Shown piece after piece: positions 12,045 through 25,604 of a stretch of 64,000 nt of DNA. The position numbers and the translations under genes are program-made. How positions within the stretch are numbered: the first letter of the stretch is position 1; the number at the start of each line of letters is the position of its first letter. The stretch is from Squalus acanthias (Eukaryota). A model generated the notes under the pieces. That model searched no databases, was not told the origin of the DNA, and saw only the letters and a program-made list of their open reading frames with translations. The stretch lies in contig CM059432.1 in the NCBI GenBank assembly GCA_030390025.1, positions 23,066,001 through 23,130,000 on the forward strand. The letters run 5' to 3'.

Positions 12045-14120
12045 GTGAGTAAGAAGAAAAACGTTCAAAGAGAAAACAAAGGGTCCTAAAAGCTTAAGAG
12101 CTGATTTATGTTTTTTTTGTACACATTCAGCAAGTGCCCTTTTAATGAAATTATTACCTGCAATGCCCCATCTTTAGCGGCTGTCCTTTCAGTCGTCTAG
12201 GCCTAGTTGCTAGACACTCTGGAATTCCTTCCCTAAACCTCTCCAGCTCTCCACCTCCCTCCGCTGTTTTAAGATCCTTTATAGAACGCACTTCCCTTCC
12301 AAATATCTTCTTCTTTGGCTTGGTGTCCATTTTTTGTCTGATAGACCCTGTGTGAAGTGCTTTTCTACATTAAAGATATATAAATGCAAGTTGTTGTTGT
12401 TGAACAAGTATGATATTTGATATAATTACAATTCACACTCAGTTCCAACTCTCTTTATTTGTGTTCGCAGCAAAATGTAATTTGAATAGGCAAATCTCCT
12501 CTATGATCTAAAACTACACCATGAATGGGAATAACAGATTAATTACGCTGTCATTGAGATATTTTGCACTGGGGGAGGGGGAGCGTAAACGTTACCCATT
12601 ATGCACTCCTGCCTTTCCAAAAAGGTGAATTACACCACACTGTCAGATGACATCATTCAGGGCAAAACTAGTACTCAAATCTATTTACAGGTAAGATGCA
12701 TGATGCAAAATGGGGTTAAGAACATAAGAACATAAGAAATAGGAGCAGGAGCAGGCCATTCGGCCCCTCGAGCCTGCTCCGCCATTCAATAAGATCATGG
12801 CTGTTCTTAATTGCTAAGATGGGGGAGTTAAGGTACTTTGGGAATCACTGTCTATGGATGAAGTTACCTTTTCTCATCCTTAACCTTTCTTGTGTCTTGT
12901 GGTGTGGAAAGACGATAAGTGGGAAAGAGAGGGGAGAGATTAAAAGCAATTCAATTAGGCATGCAAAGCGGGAAGGTGCTAGGCTCAGTTCCTGATATCT
13001 ACCAAGTATGCTGATTTCAGACAGGTTAGCAGTGGGGGGGGGGGGTTACAATCAACTCTGGCTTTGCCCATTTAAGGAGGGATTCCCAATTCTATTTGCT
13101 ATCCAGAAACTGCTGTTATACAGCACATCAGGGCATGGAAAGGATCAAGCTATCCTTAAATGGTTTGAAATCCTACTATTAGTTGCTAAACTCACACATG
13201 AAGAATGGTCAATTTGGGTCCCCCACCGCCTCCCACAGACCGAATGTAAAATCAATGGGGATTGTTTTGACTTTGAGCAAAAGTGCAAAACGGACAATGC
13301 ATAGGAACAGGAGTAGGCCATTGAGCCCCTCGAGCCTGTTCTGCCATTCACTGTGATCATGGCTGATCTGCGACCTAACTCCATGTGCCCGCCTTTGCCC
13401 CATATCCCTTAATACCTTTGGTTAACAAAAATCTATCAATCTCTGATTTAAAATTAACAATTGACTTAGCATCAATTGCCATTTGCGGAAGAGAGTTCCA
13501 AACTTCTATCACACTTTGCGGTAGCATAGGAGTGACAATAGCAAATCGACATCCCGTTTTACATCTATCCCGATTTTCATTTACATTGTTGGAATTGTAA
13601 TCGGGACAGATGTAAAACTGGCTGCTGATTCACGATAGCCCAAAGTCAGAATTGAACCCATTGTGTGGAAAAGTGCATTTTCAACACATCTTATTGCTGC
13701 ATGACACTACACCACCGAGGGCTTGAGTTTATCGGGATTTTTTATAGTTTATTTTTCTCAATTTTCTTTCTTCCGCTACTGAAGATAGTGGCATAGTGGG
13801 GTACAGAGCCACAGATGGCAGCAGATCTCCAATACCATGTCCAAGCCTGGACAATGAGGGTTCATTGTTAATGGGCTTTTAAACTATGGTGCGCCATTAC
13901 AGCCCTACCCAATCCCATCTTTCCCTAACATCCACGTAGGCACTTTCCAGCAAAGGTCACTGGACATCAATGAGATGACCTTGGCAACTCGCAACTACTG
14001 AGGCAGAGTGGCACCCCTAGTGACAACGTAGCTGAAATCAGGTAACGCAATGCAAATCAGGAATTGAATCTGAGACCTTACAGACCTGTATGGCACAGCA
14101 CTACAATGAGTAATTCATTT

Positions 14121-14897
14121 ACAATAACGACAACTTGCATTGATATAGCAGTTTTAATGTCGGAAACATCCTAAGGTGCTTGACAGAAGCATAATCGGAC
14201 AAAACTTGACACCGAGCCAAAGAAGGAGATATTAGAAGGAGTGACTAAAAGCTTGGTGAAGAGCTGGGTTTTAAGGAGGGTATTGAAGGATGAGAGAGCG
14301 AGGTGGAGAGGCAGGGAAGTTAAGGGAGAAAACTACAGAGCATAGGGCCTAGATGGCTGAAGACACAGCCGCCAATGGTGGGGTGAAGGGAGTTGGGGGT
14401 TCACAAGAGGCCAGAGTTCTCGGATTATTGTTGGGCTGGAGGAAGTTTCAGAGATAGGGAGGAGTGAGGCGACAAATGGATTTGAACACAAGGTGAGAAT
14501 TTTATATTCGAGGCGTTGGTGAACCAGAAACCAATGTAGGTCAGCAAGCAGAGGGGAGATAGGTGAGCGGGACTTTGTGCAGGTTAGATTTGGATGAGCT
14601 GAAGTTTATATAGGGTGGAGGATGGCCAGAAGAGCATTGGAGTATTGGAGTCTGGAGGTGACAAAGGCATGAATGAGAGTTTCAGTAGCAGATGGGGCAG
14701 AGATGGGAGATGTTACGGAGGTGGACATAGGCAGTCTTTATGTTAGAGAGATACGTGGTCGTAAGCTGAGCTTGAGGTCAAATAGGACGCCGAGGTTGCA
14801 AAAAGTTGGCTTTAACCTGAGACAGTGGCAGAGGAGGAGGATGGAATCTGAGGCGAAGGTACAGAGTTTGTGGCAATGGCTTTGGTCTTCCCTATTT
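14121..14897 (-). mobile_element. L2 LINE 3' fragment
   Basis: Minus strand NLGVLFD.KLS and caagttgtcgttattgt tail; similar L2 pieces at about 12160-12402, 24250-24662, 38010-38350, 44160-44555 and 50690-51712. Confidence 0.7.
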
Positions 14898-14914
14898 ATG
14901 CCCACAAAGTCATA

Positions 14915-15211
14915 GGGGGAGAAATTCACTATTGTCCCGTTTGGGGCGCTAATTTTTAAACGTTTGGAAAGTTAGAGCCAGGCGCTAACGATTTCAAACG
15001 TTTGAAAAATTCACCGTTTGCGCTCCAAGAAGGAAGTGGAGCGCTAAATCAAGCGCTGCACTTGCTTCTTGGAGCGTAATCGGCAGCAGGCGAGGCGGAA
15101 ACTTCAGCAGCGCTGCACACTGGGCCGTGCAGCGCTGCCGCGTTCAAAGGCTCCTTCCCTCCCTTAAAGGGGGCGCTAACGGGAGGCGCAAAGGCACCCA
15201 ATTTCACCCCC
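14915..15211 (-). mobile_element. Short Harbinger MITE related to 31-767
   Basis: GGGGGAGAAATT...AATTTCACCCCC; interior similar to 56-280 joined directly to the opposite end; flanks ATA/TTA. Confidence 0.75.
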
Positions 15212-15407
15212 TTAGAGTGGTGGGTTAGAATGGTGGGTGAGAATGTAGGGAGTTCCTTTAAGAGAGATATTCACTTATGAGTTATTCATTTCAGTACTGT
15301 TGGTTGTATATGGCTTGCACTGAGATACATTTAAAGCTAACTGTTCTTACACTTCTTATCCACTCAACCTCCATTTCTAACAGCCATTTCCTTCTCATTT
15401 ATTCCAG

Positions 15408-15524
15408 TGTCAGATTACACTTGCCACCCAACATCCTCATATTGAGATCTCCACAACACCACAAGCACCTGCTGAGGCTGACAGTGCGAAGACCGTCAAC
15501 TGTTCCTGTCATAAGGGAGAGCAG
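15408..15524 (+). CDS. COL22A1: COL22A1-like exon, linker leading into the collagen domain
   Basis: tttattccag|TGT...CAG|gtacga; 39 codons CQITLATQHPHIEISTTPQAPAEADSAKTVNCSCHKGEQ, with the NCSC motif before the first Gly-X-Y. Confidence 0.85.
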
Positions 15525-17188
15525 GTACGAGAAGTAATTGACTGAATTAGAGAATTGCCACTATTTACCATGTCCAAAACCGGTTCCCAACCCGGTCCCA
15601 CTTTTTTCACAAGCATATGGAGGGAGTCATCGCAGAACCTGAGTGCAGCCATCTCTGGTGGTGTGTGCAGCAATGGAATAGTGAAGTGCACTGCCTGCAC
15701 ACTCCTAGATGAACCTTCAAATGCAATGTGGCCATGGCTCCTTTAAATATCCCAGCTGAAAACGCGACATCGATGACGTCACCAGACCCACACCTTTCAA
15801 TGATGCCGGGTAACGCGCAGGGCGGGCTTAATAGGCCCCATTAATGTAAAGTCGTTCTGTGAAGCGGGATGGAGCCAGCAACGGGCTCGCGACCCGCCAT
15901 GGCAGCCGTCCACACCAGACCCGCCCAGGTAAAGAAAATTCCGGCCTAGGGCTCTACTGAGAAAACCACAACAAATTTAAAAAGCATCACTGTCTGGGGA
16001 ATTGAACACGCACTGGGTTAGTGCAGTTCCCTGTCACATCTGGGACCTGGGGTTAAATCCAGGCCTGACTAATGCAATTGAAGTTTCCTCTCGCTTTCTC
16101 TGCCGCCTGCGTTAAATGAGTTTAAGTCAGTTTCAGTCAAGCTGCTTTTTGTGGTGTGGATTCACAAAACTGACCAAAATGTGAAAATGGAATGCTGGTT
16201 GGTGTGAGATATAAAAGAAAAGAAAAAGAAAGAAAGAACTTGCATCGATATAGCGCAAGTCTTTTTTTTTAATTCAATTTATAATACAAACCCATCAAGA
16301 TAATTTCTGTGAAAAGTCACCATGACTGTGTACTATTATTTCAAAAATTCATACATATAGGAGATGCAATATATGGTATATTACAAAAGTATGTCCACAT
16401 TAAAGTTAAGTTCTTTCATGAAAATTATGAATCCCTGACATGTAACCTAATGCTTAGTTCAACATATGTATACAATCATACAGATACACAGACTTTGACA
16501 TTATAGAGATTCATTTTTTTCTCATTCTTCACTTTAAAATGTGTAAGGTTCACCAAGAGTTATGAAGTTTAAAAAAGGACATAGGTCTCTTGTTTTCCAT
16601 CTTGTTGTTTAGTAGCCTAATGATGACAACATCTGGTTATTAAAGGCTCTCTCTAATGGCAATGTTTACTTCAAGTGGGTAATATCTACCAGACTTGGTT
16701 TTTTTTGTACTGTCTGGAAGCAATGGCTAGTGATAACAACCTGATATTATAAATTGTTGGTGCTTGGAGACGGGAATATTTCCTTTAAGTCCCACATTTT
16801 AAAATAAATTCTATGTCTGGGTAGTTGGTTAGAAAGTAGCAAAAGAAAGCTTATATTATTGGAACCTTTTTTTGTTTTGCCATTTAAAAATGATAGCTTT
16901 GTCATGTTGACCGTAGGGATTAGTAAGCCGGCCTCTCAACTGGAGGTATCTACAGGATTCAAATATACAATTTCAGGAATGTTTTTCAGGATGTGGAAAA
17001 TTCAAACCAACCCAGACTGAACCAAAATAGATTGACTGGGCATGTACAATCATGTTAGATGTATCTACAAGAGGACAGATTCTGACTTGCTTTATTTAAT
17101 GAGAACTTAATTGACAAGTTAATTGATCCCCATAAATGATCCCTTTCAAAACCATCAGCATAAATAGTATAATCACTATAAACAGTAT

Positions 17189-17634
17189 TAGCTGTGGCAC
17201 AGTGGTAGCACTCTTGTCTTGAAATCAGAAGGTTGTGGATTCAAATCCCACTCCAGAGACGTGGGCATAAAATCTAAGCTAACACTTCAGTGTAGTACTG
17301 AGCGAGTGCTGCACTGTTGGAGGTGCTGTCTTTCTGATGAGATGTTAAACTGAGGCCCTGTCTGGCCTCTGAGGTAGACATAAAAGACCCCATGACACTA
17401 ATTTGGAGAAAAACAGGGGATTTCTCCTTGGTGTCCTGGCCAATAGCGATCCCTCAATAAAAATCACTAAAACAGATTATCTGGTCATTATCAAATTTCT
17501 GTTTGTGGGCCCTTGTGGTGTGCAAATTGGCTGCTACATTACAACAGTGACTGCACTTCAAAAGTACTTAATTGGCTGTGAAGCATTGTGGGATGTCCTG
17601 AGGTCATAAAAGATGCGATATAAAATTAAGTTCT
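17189..17634 (+). mobile_element. SacSINE1-like DeuSINE
   Basis: tRNA-like head, Deu-type gatgagatgttaaactgagg...ggtgtcctggccaa core, L2-like tail. Confidence 0.7.
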
Positions 17635-18470
17635 GTCATGAAAACTATGAGTCCCTGACACATACCCTAATGCTTAGTTCAGCATATACAGATACAAAGA
17701 CACATACTTACGCATGCTCACTCTAACAAAGGAATACTTGTACATTGACACACACAAAACTCACATACAGTCATAAACCCTCACACTCATATTTCATTCA
17801 CACACACACACAATAATGCACAAAACCAGAGCACCACAGTTCTTCATTTCTAGAAATGGAAATTTCTAGAATCTGAATTAATAAATATTGCAGCCTTACC
17901 CAGGTATTGGCCTGATTTTTAAGAAGATAAGAAAAGTCAAGGATGAGAAAAAGTGAAGCTAGTCTTTCCAAAACCCAAATTCACCAGAAGTAACGTCCAA
18001 CTCTGTTGTGAATACCTTAAAGTCTGTATTCCCAGTACCCTGCCTGGCAGATTATTTCAGATATTTATCATCCTTTGCATGAAGACGTTCATTCTGTTCT
18101 AAGTTTATTTTTCATAAGTTTATACTTATTATTTCCTGTCCTATTATGCTGACTTATAATAAAATAATATTCAGCACTTAACTTATTTAACTATTATTTT
18201 ATATACTTCAACAAGAACCTCTTTTATGATTTTCTCGAAGCTGATAGGATAACTTTTACGTCCAAACAAAGATTCCAGAAAGCTTGGAATCTGAACACAT
18301 CTAGGCCGATTAGCTTGTCAACTCTTTCTAGACAGCATGCACTTATTCCTATTTTTCTGGCAATTGTCTTGATGCAACCTAAGTGGCTGCTGATGTCTCT
18401 ATGTGATGTGGTTCAAATACTTTTTATTTAAACAGCGGCTGTTCTGATTTTTCTATTGCAATTTCCACAG

Positions 18471-18515
18471 GGTGATCACGGCCTACCTGGTTTTCAAGGA
18501 CCCAGTGGCCCAAAG
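18471..18515 (+). CDS. COL22A1: Collagen triple-helix exon (45 nt)
   Basis: tttccacag|GGT...AAG|gttagt; GDHGLPGFQGPSGPK, 5 Gly-X-Y triplets, typical collagen exon size. Confidence 0.88.
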
Positions 18516-19267
18516 GTTAGTTTGGGTGGAGAGGGCCAAGAAGGTGGCTTGCAATCATTTTAAAAGCTGTGCTTGGCTTTTGCTAGATAATAATGCATTA
18601 ATATATGAAGAGAATTTCTCCCCCAAAGAATCCTGTTCAAGGTTCTTTTACATGGGATAGGCAACTATCCTTTCATCTCTAAAGTCCAGGTTTATGTTCC
18701 TTCTGTCACTTGTAAGAATCCCAAGTGAAATGAGTTTGGCCAGTCACAACCTAGTCCATAATCAAAACTGTCCACAGCTAAACATTTAGTAGCACTCGTT
18801 GAAAATCTGACCCAGAGGGACCACAAGGATTTTTGTGTGTGAAATGGAAAAGTCACACTGTTGCAGTGAGAAGTCATTTTCTGAGGTTTGTGGTCAGGGA
18901 ACACGGGGACTGGGTGCCAAAAGTAAAGAATGTTGCATTGTAATCCTTTATATAAATTCACTCCTTTATTTTTTCTGTTCATAGAACAACAAACAAATGT
19001 AGTTACTGAGTGAATACATATATGAAATGGTCTTCAATGTTCTTTGCCAAACAAGGCCAACAGACTTAAGTGAATGTTATGGGTGGCAATTCTGAATATG
19101 GTCATTAATTGACCTATGAGTTACAGAAGTAACGTTAAATGTGTAACACCTTGAGTAGATTATATTTCACAAGGGTTGAGCATTGAATCACAATTCAAAC
19201 CAGATTTAGCTCAAATTCTGCGAACTTCAAGTAGGCCCTAAACCTTCAAACTCCAGGCAAACTCTAG

Positions 19268-20159
19268 GGGGGAAAAATTTGTTTGCTTTGCGCCTCCCAT
19301 TAACACCCTAAGAGGGCGCTAATGGGGCGCAAAGCAACTAGCGCCCGGGCGCGGCATTGTTTGCGCCGCTCGTGAAATTCACCAGACATTTTGCGGCGGC
19401 GCTAAACACTACCGCCACGATCTCCTGCGGCCGCAGATCGTGATGTCAGTCGAGCATGCAATACCCCGGTAGCGCCCCGGACCGGATATTGAGTAGCGCC
19501 CCCTGCCTTACCGCCTGCCGCTAGTAACAACAGGTTGAGGGGAGCATTTTGCAGTCGGGAAGGGTCTGGGGGAGCGCTATTTAAAGGCGATCACTTCCTG
19601 CCTTTTTTTGTCGGCGACGTTTTTGCACCACGCATTCTGAGAGAGAGAGAGAGACTTCTGGAGAGATTCAATGCTGTGTGAAGGAGTTTTGGGTACTGAG
19701 CAGCACTTTGCAGGTTCATTTTGATTTGACCATCCTTGCATCGATTTAGAAGAGACTATGGGGGCTGCACTCTGAGCTCTTTCCCTGGGGCTCTCCATTG
19801 TTCTTTCCAGCAGATTTGATGTACAGGTCTCTCCAGGCCAAGACTCAAGGCTGCAATGAGCAGGGTGTGGATGGAGAGCAAGATCGACCCTCCCCTTTAA
19901 GAACTGTACGGCACCAGTGTGTCTGTGTTCCATTGCTGACTGACATCACATGAGCTTCGCCAGCGCTCTGAGGTAGCGCCTCACTCCTTGGCGTTAGCAC
20001 CTTAAGAGAGGTGTGTAGTGCCTGATTTAGCGCTCCAATCACCTCCAGGGGCGATAGAAGCCAAGTTTGCAGTCGGAGGCGATAATTAGCTCCAGGCACT
20101 AATCTTTGCGCCCGGCCGATAATTGCGCCCCAAACGGGGCGATACCGAATTTCTCCCCC
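19268..20159 (+). mobile_element. Internally deleted Harbinger derivative (892 bp)
   Basis: TIRs GGGGGAAAAATT/AATTTCTCCCCC; TSD TAG; both ends colinear with 32620-33145 and about 36395-36782. Confidence 0.88.
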
Positions 20160-20884
20160 TAGATCTTCAAAAATTAAGGAGGTCCCAACTCATCTACAAG
20201 CATGGACTGAGCTTCCGCGTGTACACCTGTATCACCAAACTCCACTCCTCCGCTCCCTCCACCAACTCCATGGCTATTACTGCACTATCTAACTCTCCAT
20301 CCAGCGTCAAGTACTGAATGTTGCTGAAACTCGCTGTAGCTCAGCATCAGAAAAACTGAAGCCAAACTCTTCCTTGCCAAATTCTCAAATAGAATATTTT
20401 GAATTTGTCCAAATGAATCATATTAGAGCTTATAACATCTATTATCAAACAAGCTAAGTTCAATATTTATTTAACTACCATACATGCTTATTTACCACCA
20501 ATTTTCTAGCTGCTGAGATGGTCTGATTAAAATGAATTATCTATCACTAACACAACCTGTTCTGTGCTTGAATATTGAGCCTCCTGTTATGGTAGACGGG
20601 CAGCCTATCCAGTTTCATCATACATGAACCGCACGGAAGCTCTAATGTATCGAGTGTGAGTGAAGTCAGATTTTAACCAGTGTGCACTGTATAATTGTTA
20701 ATACCTACTCACAGAAGGTCACAGTCTCCTCATTAGCTTTTGTGATTATGCTACATCAGGTATTAGTAGGCCAGACTCCTAAACAGACTAATAATTCTCT
20801 ACTATTAGGAGACAATGGCTTACTGAATGGAGTGTCAACCAGTGTCAGGATTTGACACTTTTGAGCAATTGAGGTATAAGCATC

Positions 20885-21500
20885 TCCATCATTAACCATG
20901 GTGGAGCTCCACACATGAGTGTAAAAGACAAGGCTGAAGAGATGACAAGCACCTTTAGCCAAATGTGCCAAGTGGATGATACTAATCAGACTCCTCCCAA
21001 GGTCAGCACAATCATAGATACCAGAGTCCAGCCAATTCGGTTCACTCCACATTACATTAAGAAGCAGCTGAGTGCACGGGACACAGCAAAAGATATGGGC
21101 CCTGACAACATCCTGGTAATAGTGCTGAACACCTGTGCACCAGAACTGGCCACTCTCTTAGCCAGGCTGTTCCAGTAGAGACTTGACACTGGCATCTACC
21201 CGACAATGTGGAAGACGGCTCGGGTATATCCTAGCCACAAAAATAGGATAAATCTAACCCAGCCAATTACCAACCGATCAGCCTCCTCCCAATCATCAGT
21301 AGATTGATGGAAGGAGTAGTGTCATCAACTCACTGATGCTCAGTTTGGGTTCCATCGCTCGGCTCCAGACCTCATCGCAGTCTTGATCCAGACATGGACT
21401 AAAGAGCTGAATGCTAGTGAAGAGGTAAAAGTAGCTGGCCTTTGATCAAGAATGGCACCAAGGGGCCTGAGAAAAACTCAAGTCAAACAGGGTCAAAGGT
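20885..21500 (+). mobile_element. LINE family B internal fragment (decayed)
   Basis: DTAKDMGPDNI...TCAPELA, similar to 57000-57468; another short piece at 28355-28460. Confidence 0.8.
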
Positions 21501-21830
21501 ACACTAATTATCTTTCTTTCTCATTGAAAAACTGGGGTGAAAGACTAAGATTTATACACAACCCAAATTTAAAAATATAGGAGAAAAAACGAGGTAAATC
21601 AAAAAGTACTGATAAAGTAATGCCAAACTTGGATTTTAAAAAGCCTGCTTAGCTTAGTAGCCTTGTCTGTTGAAACCTCTTCCCCCTCCCTTTACACACA
21701 GACATGTTTTCCCTCCATTGAATGATAGTAATTGTGTAGGACGCCGGAGAGAAAATGCTTACATACAAACCCGTGGTCTGGTCGCTATTGACTTGAACTG
21801 ACAACCTTGTTTTTCATTTCTTGCTGGCAG

Positions 21831-21884
21831 GGTGAACCAGGCCAAGTGGGAGCTGGTGGTCTCAAAGGAGAAAAAGGGGAACCA
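21831..21884 (+). CDS. COL22A1: Collagen triple-helix exon (54 nt)
   Basis: ttgctggcag|GGT...CCA|gtaagt; GEPGQVGAGGLKGEKGEP. Confidence 0.9.
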
Positions 21885-22188
21885 GTAAGTACTTATATAT
21901 TAAATGGAATTTCTAATTTGTTAGGGGCAGCAAGGTGGGATAGCATGTTGAGGCAGGTTTCCATAATTCTGTCTGTAAGCTGGCACTCCAGTGTTGCATT
22001 GTCAGTTGAAAGGTTGAACTTGAGAGCACGTGGCTCAAATGGATGCAAAAGATCCCATGGCATTGTTCGAAGAGGAGCAGAGTGGCCAACATTTCTTGTT
22101 CAACCAATACCACCAAAAACATTCATCTCATGGCAGCTTTATAGGATTTAGCTGACACAGAATGGCTGCTGTGTTTGCCTACATAATA

Positions 22189-22578
22189 ACAAATGCGAGA
22201 AGTCGCACAACACCAGGTTATAGTCCAACAGCTTTATTTGAAATCACAAGCTTTCGGAGCGCTGCTCCTTCGTCAGGTGAAGTGAAGAGATACATATCGG
22301 CACAGCATATATAGTCAGAGAACACTGTTAGATGATTACAGTTAATCTTTCCAACTGCCCTTTATCACACCTCGGGCAGTTGGAAAGATTAACTGTAATC
22401 ATCTGGCAGTGTTCTCTGACTATATATGCTGTGCTGATATGTATCTCTTCACTTCACCTGACGAAGGAGCAGCGCTCCGAAAGCTTGTGATTTCAAATAA
22501 AGCTGTTGGACTATAACCTGGTGTTGTGCGACTTCTCACATTTGTCCACCCCAGTCCAACACCGGCATCTCCACATCA
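22189..22578. mobile_element. Penelope-like terminal repeat (family P2) forming a 172-bp-arm hairpin
   Basis: Arms 22189-22360 and 22374-22545 (4 mismatches), 13-nt loop, tail ccaccccagtccaacaccggcatctccacatca; candidate TSD TACATAA. Confidence 0.8.
22453..22490 (+). ncRNA. Minimal type-I hammerhead ribozyme motif (mirror copy 22244-22281 on -)
   Basis: UCAC-CUGACGA-A-GGAGC(AGC)GCUCC-GAAA-GC-UU-GUGA: core, stem II, stem I UCAC/GUGA and palindromic AAGCUU stem III. Confidence 0.7.
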
Positions 22579-23932
22579 TACATAACAGTTACTGTACTTG
22601 GTGGTGATTCATTGTTTCAAGAATTTTGAGATATTTCAGCATGATAAGGTACGGTATAGAACCATCAAATGATAGAAGTGTACAGTACAAAAAGAGGCCA
22701 TTCAGCCCATTGTGTCTGTGTTGGCTCCTTGCTAGAGCAATCCAAAAATGAATCACACTACGCTGACATCTCTACACATCCCGCTATCTTTCTCTGCTTC
22801 AAATATTTATTCAATTTTTTTATTAAAAGGTGCCTCTCTGCTGAGCATTCCACACTCCAACAACCCTTTGTGTAAAAAAAAATTCTCTTTACCTCTCCCA
22901 TTCTAGTGCTATTACCAAACTAGCCTGTGGCTTATATTGGAACTGAAGTAGCCACAAAGTTGATAACAAGTTTATGAACTGGTGAGAGTTGATTAGGTAA
23001 CAGCTCCCTTGGTCCTCAGTCATTCTGGATATAGTGATATGTCCAATTATCTAATGTTGGTCTACTGATTGGATGCCATAAAAACTATAAAAGTGGTTCA
23101 AATTGAATGGCCTGTCAATTAAATAAAAATAGGGTAAGAACAATATTTAAGTTCAGCCACTGGATATTCTAGATCGCATCCCATTTGCAAAGCTTCTAGG
23201 GGCAATATCATTGTACCAGTTTTCCTCTCTGCCTCCCATTAAAGGGGTGCCTTCATGAAAAAACCTTCAGCAATTAACAACAAATATTTGCCAAATAAAT
23301 GTCGCATGACCCAAATTGCATCAAAAAAGATTGCTGCATTTCTAAAACATCGCTGAACCATTTGGATGTCCCTTTATCACTGCAAGGGTCATAGATAACT
23401 CTTCTGGTTCTTTGTCTCTACTCACAAAAGTATTCCCCTTTTTAAATAGTCCATCTTTAATCGTTTTATTGTTGCTCCACATTTTTTTCCACCTCCCTGA
23501 TTAACAAAGTTACTTCCCCAAGTTGCTCTCTGAAACATGTCAATTAAACATGGGGGAGAATTTCCACGGGTTCTTTGGCAGAAGATTGGCAGAACCCCTG
23601 GAGAAATGGAATAAACAGCTGTTTTAGCCATTTATGCCATATCTCCAGGGATTCCGCTGATCGCCCACCAAAATTACAGTGGGAGAAACCCTTTGGGAAT
23701 TATAGGCGCACATGTTTGGCGAGTGCCTTCCCTTTAAAGGAGGTCTCCAGAGATTGAGAATCACCGCAGCCATCAAACAACAATCGTTTGAAGAGGTGAA
23801 ATGCCCTGATCATTGATGATATAATTGAGAAAGATGGAAGAGAATTGGATCATTTTGAGAGGGGTATTTTTAAGTTCATGTTAATGTTTGTGATAAGAGG
23901 AAGCTTTACTCATAATATTCTTTACATTACAG

Positions 23933-23971
23933 GGCAGAATAAGCTACCCTTCAAGGGGGCAAGGTGAAAAG
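23933..23971 (+). CDS. COL22A1: Collagen exon with helix interruption (39 nt)
   Basis: tttacattacag|GGC...AAG|gtaaga; GRISYPSRGQGEK, phase 0/0, strong splice sites, ends in GEK. Confidence 0.65.
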
Positions 23972-24494
23972 GTAAGACAAATTGTTTGCTAGGCTGGGAA
24001 ATATTCACTATCAAATTGTCGCTGGCAGTCCATCTGTGTATCACTGCACCTGTGTATCAGAAAGAAGTAGCAGAGAGAAAGTACGAGGAAGATTTGGATA
24101 TCAATCTCCATATCAATACAAAAGAAGGCCCTTTTTTAACTGATAAACAAGAAATGTCAGTTTAAAAACAATCCCAATTTTCTCCCTTCCTTTCCTAAAG
24201 GTGCTGACGAATGATAGGGTATAATTCCAGAGATGTTGGCAGACCTACACTGCCCTCCACCATTGGCGGCCGTGCCTTCAGCTGCCAAGGCCCTCAGCTC
24301 TGGAATTCTCTCTTTGAACCTCTCCGCCTCTCTACCTCTCTCTCCTTCTTTAAGATGCTCCTTAAAACCTACCTCTTTGAGCAAACTTTTGGTCACCTGT
24401 CCTAATATCTCCTTATGTGTCAAATTTTGTTTTATAACGCTCCTGTGAAGCGCCTTGGAACATTTTACTATGTTAAAGGCGCTATATAAATTCA

Positions 24495-24638
24495 GCTCTC
24501 GGAGTGCTGCTCCTTCACCTGACGAAGGAGCAGCGCTCCGAAAGCTTGTGATTTCAAATAAAGCTGTTGGACTATAACCTGGTGTTGTGCGACTTCTCGC
24601 ATTTGTCCACCCCAGTCCAACACCGGCATCTCCACATC
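24495..24638 (+). mobile_element. Penelope P2 terminal fragment inserted in an L2 tail
   Basis: Matches 22453-22578, with a short inverted remnant at 24494-24516; 11-bp TSD ATATAAATTCA (24484-94, 24639-49). Confidence 0.85.
24514..24551 (+). ncRNA. Minimal hammerhead ribozyme motif
   Basis: Identical to 22453-22490. Confidence 0.7.
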
Positions 24639-25604
24639 ATATAAATTCAAGTTGTTGTTGTCAAACCCAGCTGGCACAGACTGAACTGAACCAAACTAAC
24701 AGACTGTACAGAGGGTAGCGGGCTAAGTGTTTGGGGCACTCCTCACAGGACACATTGTCCTAAACTCAGCTCAGTACCATTTCTAAACCACTTCCTGGGC
24801 TCAGTCTTAATAAAGGAGAATTTTCATAGAATGATAGAAATTACAGCACAGCAGGAGGCCATTCAGCCCCCCGATGCCAGTGCTGGCTCTCTATCCTGTA
24901 ACCCCATTCACGCAAGATCCTTCTACATTCCTCCTTTTCAAATATTTATCCCATTCCCTTTTAAATTATTTTCTGATTTCTGCCTCAATAGCCACTTATG
25001 GAGCACAATGCCCACAGTTCAAAAAACATCAATGTAGTGATGCTGTCAACCACAGTGCTGAGGCATAAATTTGAAAAATAATTTGATGTGTTTTGGATTT
25101 GGTGCCAAAGCCTATGCAATCAATGGCCCTTGCACGCCCAGAACCATGCTGAGTACCAGGGATGAACAGGCATCCCTTGCATCCAGTGTTGCTATGGCAC
25201 AAATGACAGGAAATCCGTCAGATGATGTGTTTCCCTTATTTAGATATTATTACACCACTTCCATGCATATCTGAGCAGACATACTGGACATCCTCTGTCA
25301 ATTTCTAACAGATGCAAAACTGTCTTTTTTTTTAAAATAAGAAAAGCCAAGCATTTTCATAGAATCATAGAGCACAGAAGAAGGCCATTCAGCCCATCAT
25401 GCCCGTGCCGGCTCTTTGAAAGAGCTATCCTATTAGTCCCACTCCTCTGCTCTTTCCCCACAGCCCTGCAAAATTTCCCTTTTCAAGTGTATACTGTATA
25501 TCCAATTCCATTTTGAAAGTTACTATTGAATTTGCTTCCACCATCCTTTCAGGCAGTGAATTCCAAATCATAATTCGCGGCGTAAAACAATTTCTCCTCA
25601 ACTC

